DNA of 64,000 nucleotides from Saprolegnia diclina VS20 (lineage: Eukaryota). Shown here piece after piece: positions 58,791-64,000 of the stretch (position 1 is the first letter of the stretch; each line of letters starts with the position of its first letter). The DNA is taken from NCBI RefSeq assembly GCF_000281045.1, contig NW_008246072.1, positions 1,051,481 to 1,115,480 on the forward strand, read 5' to 3'. The position numbers and the translations under genes were made by a program. The notes beneath the pieces were generated by a model. That model was not told where the DNA came from and did not search any database. It saw only the letters and a program-made list of their open reading frames with translations.

Positions 58791-60561
58791 TTAGGTTGGT
58801 GTTGGCAGTGGGTAGCCGGCCGAGGCCATGATGTCAGGGTACATGGTGTGCCAGCCGCGCATGAGCAGCTGCAAGTGCTCGGGGTGGCTCTGCCCCAGCG
58901 CTTCGGGATGCTACATCAATTTCATGGCATTTCAACAAACTACAACGCTGCGTACCTCGGCAAAGCACACATACACGGTCGCGACCGCGCCATCGATGGT
59001 GCTGAGGACAACCAGCGCGACGGCTAGCGCCATAAAGAAGGAGCCGAGCCCCACGAGCACTAGACAGCGCCTTTATACGCGTACTTGCGACGACGGGTGG
59101 AGCTACCTAGCGTGGCGGTTGCCGATGTATCTATCGCGCACAAGGCAACGCCGACGCCGCTGCAAATGAGAGCTACCAAGGACGCAATCACGTCATATGC
59201 CAACTGATGTCCACGCTACCGACGACGAATGCCGAGAAGGCGAGCGCACTCGAGATGAGCTCGTCATTGAGAAGCGTCGTGAAGCCACGGGCTTTGAAGA
59301 GCTGCATGGTGGCCTTGCCGGCTTGGACGAACGTGTTGCCGTAAACGCCGACGTAGACAAATGCCCAGTGGCTGAAGAGCTCGAAGAGGGAGACGAGGCA
59401 GCTCATGAGACAGCTCGCGACGAGTGCGCCGACGCCTCCATTGCGGCTCGCCATATCGAGAAGCTACGCTGCCACGTCAGGGCGATTTCCAAGGAGGTGA
59501 CGCACCTGCTTCAGTACTTGAAGAATCGCGACAAGAAGCGATCCGAGGCAAATGGAGCCCAGCGACGTGGTCGTCGCGCGCCGCAGAGCGCGAGCTGTCG
59601 GTGCGGCACCCTCGCCGTACCACCAGCTCGCGACACCGCCGGCGATCGTGACGGCGTTGATATTTTTGAGGACCTAGTCCACGCGCCATGACAACTTGTA
59701 CAATTAAACGTATCACAAGACAATGTACCGAGACGCCCCAGAGCAGTGAGAGCGAGAGTAATACCGCGGGCACCGCCGGCGTCGACGCGGGCGGGGCCTG
59801 CACAAAGATCCCGTAGAGCGCGATGAACCTAAGGCGATGAAAGAGACACCGCTGTGTGCTTGCAACGTACCACAGAAGCGTCCAGAGCAGCTGAACAAAC
59901 ACCAAAACAAAGCTTACTGGCACGAGCGCCTTGACGTCCGAGAGCGCGGCCGCCGCCACACGGAGGTTGGCCGCCGCGAACGGAAGCCGGTGGCGCACGC
60001 CATACATGTAGCTACCCACGGTGATGCGTCGCTCAAGGCGGCACCGTTCGTACCAAGCAAAGAGCGCCGTCAGAACGATGCCAAAGATGACGAGCACAAT
60101 AGCGTTAGTGAGAAGGCCAAGCACCGCGACACTGACGCAGAGTGTCAAGTTGGCCCTACACACGACAATTTCACGACCACCAAAGACGCAAGAGTGTGAG
60201 ACCATAGTCCAAAGACAATGATGTTGGCGGGAAACTTGAGAATTGCAACCACCATCAGCGCCGAAACGCCGAGACTCGCGACGAACATGGCCGCCATGAT
60301 CCCGATGCCTTTGCCCACGAACGTCACGTCGATCGAGAGGGCGTTGGAAGCGTCTTCGTTGTCCTTCAAGCTGGGAACACCCCAGAGCAACGCCACAACG
60401 AAGATACCGAGCACGTTGATAGCAAAGAGAACTGCAAACGGCCAGTCGCGATACTGCGCGAGACCAGACGGTGGCGCTGTGGGTCGCAGCGACGGGACAG
60501 AGCCGGTGGACAATGGCTTGGCCGCATCGACGTCCGGCGCGGGCACGACCGTGGCGTGCAT
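58791..60561 (-). CDS. Choline transporter-like (CTL/SLC44/PNS1) protein, divergent tandem paralog, multi-exon
   Basis: YRDWPFAVLF, RLPFAAANL, AFVYVGVYGNTFVQAGKAT, LLNDELIS, TVYVCFAE, ends MYPDIMASAGYPLPTPT*. Confidence 0.8.
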
Positions 60562-61022
60562 CGTAGCTCGAAATGCCAAGAATAACCTGGACGGCCGTCG
60601 TAGCCCTAGCCCTACGGTTTGACCTAGCCCTACAGTTGGTCGTGTTGTTGAAGTGGGTCCTCTCGTAAAATTGATACAATGACGCTAGATCAACTATTGT
60701 CGGACTTTCTACACTCGGTTGAAGGAGTTGATCGGCGGAGGCAGGAGCGCGATCCACGGGACAAGGTGTTGCCATCGGCTTCTTGCGAAACCTTCGCCTA
60801 GCTGCCACGAAGGCAGCTCATGACATTCCCGCGGGGTAGCCCTATGATACTATTTTGTATCTGGGGTTTTGTTCAGAGCACTCGGTTCTCTTTGGCGGTC
60901 GTGTTCCATAGAGTCGGCTCTGACTACTGCTGGTACCCACGTCGGTCTCCGCTACTTCACACAGGAATACATGTACTGTTAGTGAATGCCCATGCAGTTT
61001 GCCTTTTACTACGTCTGTCGGT

Positions 61023-62776
61023 TTAGTACACGACGTAGTAGCCCGACGCGACCATGATATCCGGGTACATGCGGTGCCACTCGGTCATGAGCTCGTTGAA
61101 GTGCTCGGGGTGCGACGTCTGGAGCGCCGCCGGGTCCTAAGAGCATCGATCGTCGCCTAGTCGCATCAACACACTAGTCGTACCTCGGCAAAGCACACAA
61201 AGATGGTCGCGACCGCGCTGTCAATGACGCTGAACGGGATGATCGAGATGCCGATGCCAAAGATAAGCCCCATGATCGGGATGATGACTTGCGAGTTGGT
61301 GAACGTCGTGTTGGCCGGGTCAATGTACGTGTACACAAGCCCGAGGCCGGCGCAGAGAAAGCCGACGCCGAGCGAAGCAAAGAGCAGCACGTTGCCGATG
61401 AGGTCGTCGTTGATGATCGTGTCGAAGCCGCGGTCGCGGAAGAGACCAATGACAGCCTTGCCCGCGTCCGTAAACTTGTATCCATAGATACCGACGTACA
61501 CGAACGCCCAGCGGTTGAAGTACTCCATGAGGCTCTGGAGGCAGCCGAGAATGCACTCAGCAATGCACGCAGCCGCGTCACCCGACCGACGCGCCTCCTC
61601 GGCCAGTTGGCGCAGCGCCTGGAGGATGGCGACGATGAGCGAGCCGAGGCAGATCGAGCCAAACGAGGTCGTGAGCGTGCGCTTGAGCGACGCGCCGGTC
61701 GCACCCGCCGAGTTGGTCGAGTACCACCACGTCGCCACCGTGCCTGCCACGGTCGCATGCGTCACATTCTTGATCGTCTAGTGCAAAGTCAGGATCGAAG
61801 TCAGGACCAAAAGACGGAGCTACCTGCATGCCCCAAAAAAACGAAATGAGCATGAAGAAGTACGCCACGTACGACGCCGACTTGAGGCTAGCCGCCTCGC
61901 ACTGGTACGTGGCCGAGCACTTGTTGGACATGCAGTCGCTGTTCACGTTGCAGCTCGACCCGTTCGGCTTGCCACGCGTCGACGTCGACGAGTCCTTTTC
62001 GTTCAGATGGTTGGCGAGCCCGAGCGCAGCGATCGCCCAGACGGCCACCCACACGATCTGCAAGAAGAGCATCGAGAATGCGACGCAGTACGTGCTCGCG
62101 TGCTTCTTGATCGCCGCGGCCGCGCAGCGCAAGTTGGCGGCTGCGAACGGAATGCGATCGCGCACCGCAAAGGCGTAGCTATTGGCTCCATAAGACATTG
62201 CGGCCATCAAGGATACGGCGCGCGTACCAAAGAGAGAAGAGGACAAAGATAGCACCGAGGATCGCGAGGCCATACTGCTGCTTGATCGCGGCGTAGATGG
62301 TGAAGAGCACGTTGAGGCCGACACCAAACCTAGCGCGCGTCGTGCGTTAGATGCGAGCATGCATGTCGCGCGTACCAGAGCGAGAACGTGATCATGCCAC
62401 TGGCAAAGCGGACCATGAACGAGAGCATAAGGAGCGAGAGCACGCCCGAGAGGACAACCATGACACTTGAGATTATGAGCACGGTGCGCATCTCCTTGTC
62501 CGAGAGAAGGTTGTTGGACGACGTCGACTTGGTCGAGGTCGTCGTCGATGAAGAGTTTTGAAGCACGGGGATGCCCCACGTGACGAGGAGCACAATCATG
62601 GCGGCGACGTTGCCGATGAAGAGGATCGCAAAGGGCCAGTCGCGGTAGCCCGTCGACGCCGGCGCCTGCGGCTTCATCGACTGCACAGGTCCGAGGTGCG
62701 CGGTGCCACCCTGCGGCGCCGGGACGCCCACAGGGATCCCGTACGGGTCCATCGCCGAGGTATTCTTCTGGTACAT
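61023..62776 (-). CDS. Choline transporter-like (CTL/SLC44/PNS1) protein, multi-exon
   Basis: YRDWPFAILF, RDRIPFAAANL, TVAGTVATWW, TTSFGSICLGSLIVA, YFNRWAFVYVGIYGYKF, IINDDLI, TIFVCFAE. Confidence 0.92.
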
Positions 62777-63704
62777 GTTGCTGCCAAATTCCAAAATGGG
62801 CCATCCGAAGTTTCGGGCGTGTCCATTGCTTCGAACTTCGCTACCTACATACATTTATCAAGTGTTTTGCAATGCGCCGAGGCCATTGGTGGAAAGTAAC
62901 CAATGGCCTTGACGCATATCCGAATGTCGAAGGTTACGGCGGATGGAACCACAACGTCCAGAAGAGGCAGAAGTTGAAAACTTGAGCTGGCGAATACACA
63001 TCCTGCTCGTACAATAGTGTAGCAAGGTATTGTGTGCAGCCAGTAGTAGCTTGAGGCTACTCCTTCCTTGCCACCGCCCTTCGCGTTCGACATTGCACTT
63101 CTCGCGTCGTCCCGATGGCGTTACTACAGGACGACACCTTGGCTGCACAACGTTGGCGCCAGCCTTCGTGGCACATTGACGTACACACAGCAGCTGACGC
63201 TGCGTGTCGCGCGCCTGGCTCCGTTATCAAGGCACCGTCAGTCCCCACACACCCTCTTGCTCCCTCTTGCACAGGATTGCTGCAAAATTTCACACAGGTC
63301 ATTCGAAGTTCGAAGTAGAGCGGAGTGATGGTTGATGGATCTGCTACCGTTGGACAGACCAGCACTCCGGTCCCCTGCCATGTCTGCTAGCTCGCTGGGA
63401 GAGCTCCAGATCGACGCCGGGCATGTCGTAGCACCTCAAACAAGCTTGATGCGACGCCCCACGCCTCTCTAGAATCGACCGCCACACCCCAACGTTCGAT
63501 CCAATTTTTCCTTTACCAACACCTTCCACGATGTGCGATGTAGCATTCTGGTACGTTCTGGAACAGTGCTCTGGTCGTCTCGAGTGCGTTCTAGTCCCTT
63601 GAGTCGTCGAAACCACAAGCTACGCGGGCGACGCAAGAGACCGACGCAAAGACCGACGCAGCATAGAGTGCAAACAACATGCATTACAGTCGTACAGTGC
63701 ACGC

Positions 63705-64000
63705 TTACAAGCGGCTCGTCGCCTTGAGAAACTCCGTCTTGGCGACCGTGCGCATGTGCACCTCGTCCGGTCCGTCCGCGAGACGCAAGGTGCGCAGCGC
63801 GGATGCGTAGTACGCCAGCACAAAGTCCTGGCTCACGCCCGCCGCGCCGTGGATTTGGATGGCCCGGTCACAGACTGCGATCGCCATCTGCGGCGCGACG
63901 ATCTTGATCATGGCGATCGCTTGCTGCGCCGCCTTGTTGCCCTTCTCGTCCATCTCGTGGGCCGCGTGGAGCGTGAGGAGGCGGGCGCTGTCGAGCTCGC
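63705..64000 (-). CDS. Acyl-CoA dehydrogenase (ACAD10/11-like) C-terminus with PTS1; 5'-partial
   Basis: [10 protein letters not shown]...[15 protein letters not shown]...[13 protein letters not shown], ends SRL*. Confidence 0.92.
   Translation of the reverse strand, partial: ELDSARLLTLHAAHEMDEKGNKAAQQAIAMIKIVAPQMAIAVCDRAIQIHGAAGVSQDFVLAYYASALRTLRLADGPDEVHMRTVAKTEFLKATSRL

Noticed and set aside
5503..62804. Many long antisense or alternative-frame ORFs overlapping real genes (e.g. 5503-6291, 19755-20852, 23986-25011, 25403-26389, 42455-43414)
   Set aside because: These are shadows of strong GC3 codon bias, rich in Arg/Ala/Val and without recognisable motifs.
15123..64000. Wider 'vitamin/cofactor cluster' including the folate-biopterin transporter, CTL transporters and the peroxisomal acyl-CoA dehydrogenase
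   Set aside because: These genes are separated by unrelated housekeeping genes and large distances, so chance adjacency is sufficient.

Overview
Eukaryotic, gene-dense, GC-rich DNA with short (~45-55 nt) GT..AG introns and oomycete-type Inr/FPR core promoters. The gene families present (elicitin-like, EGC-type ankyrins, HGGG zinc fingers, RNI-like LRRs) suggest a Saprolegniales oomycete; this is inference. Housekeeping genes: Pelota, an Iwr1-like protein, CPSF1, a bZIP factor, a folate-biopterin transporter, a chromate transporter, two CTL/SLC44 transporters and a peroxisomal acyl-CoA dehydrogenase. The most striking feature is an array of eight DUF1057-like alpha/beta-hydrolase paralogs (22.8-44.9 kb) surrounding the bifunctional biotin gene BIO3-BIO1 (bioDA). 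The four paralogs nearest bioDA carry mitochondrial-type presequences. The four distal ones lack presequences and end in PTS1-like tripeptides (SRL, SLL, SML, GKL), mirroring the peroxisome/mitochondrion split of eukaryotic biotin synthesis. Also seen: a candidate tRNA-derived SINE, a decayed hAT transposase, an inverted duplicated Lys-rich/Cys-rich gene bracketing bioDA, a CmcJ/AsaB-type oxygenase, triplicated PDZ genes and ankyrin genes, two isolated long hairpins, and two assembly gaps. Multi-exon genes are given as whole-gene spans and were read by eye. No database searches were run.
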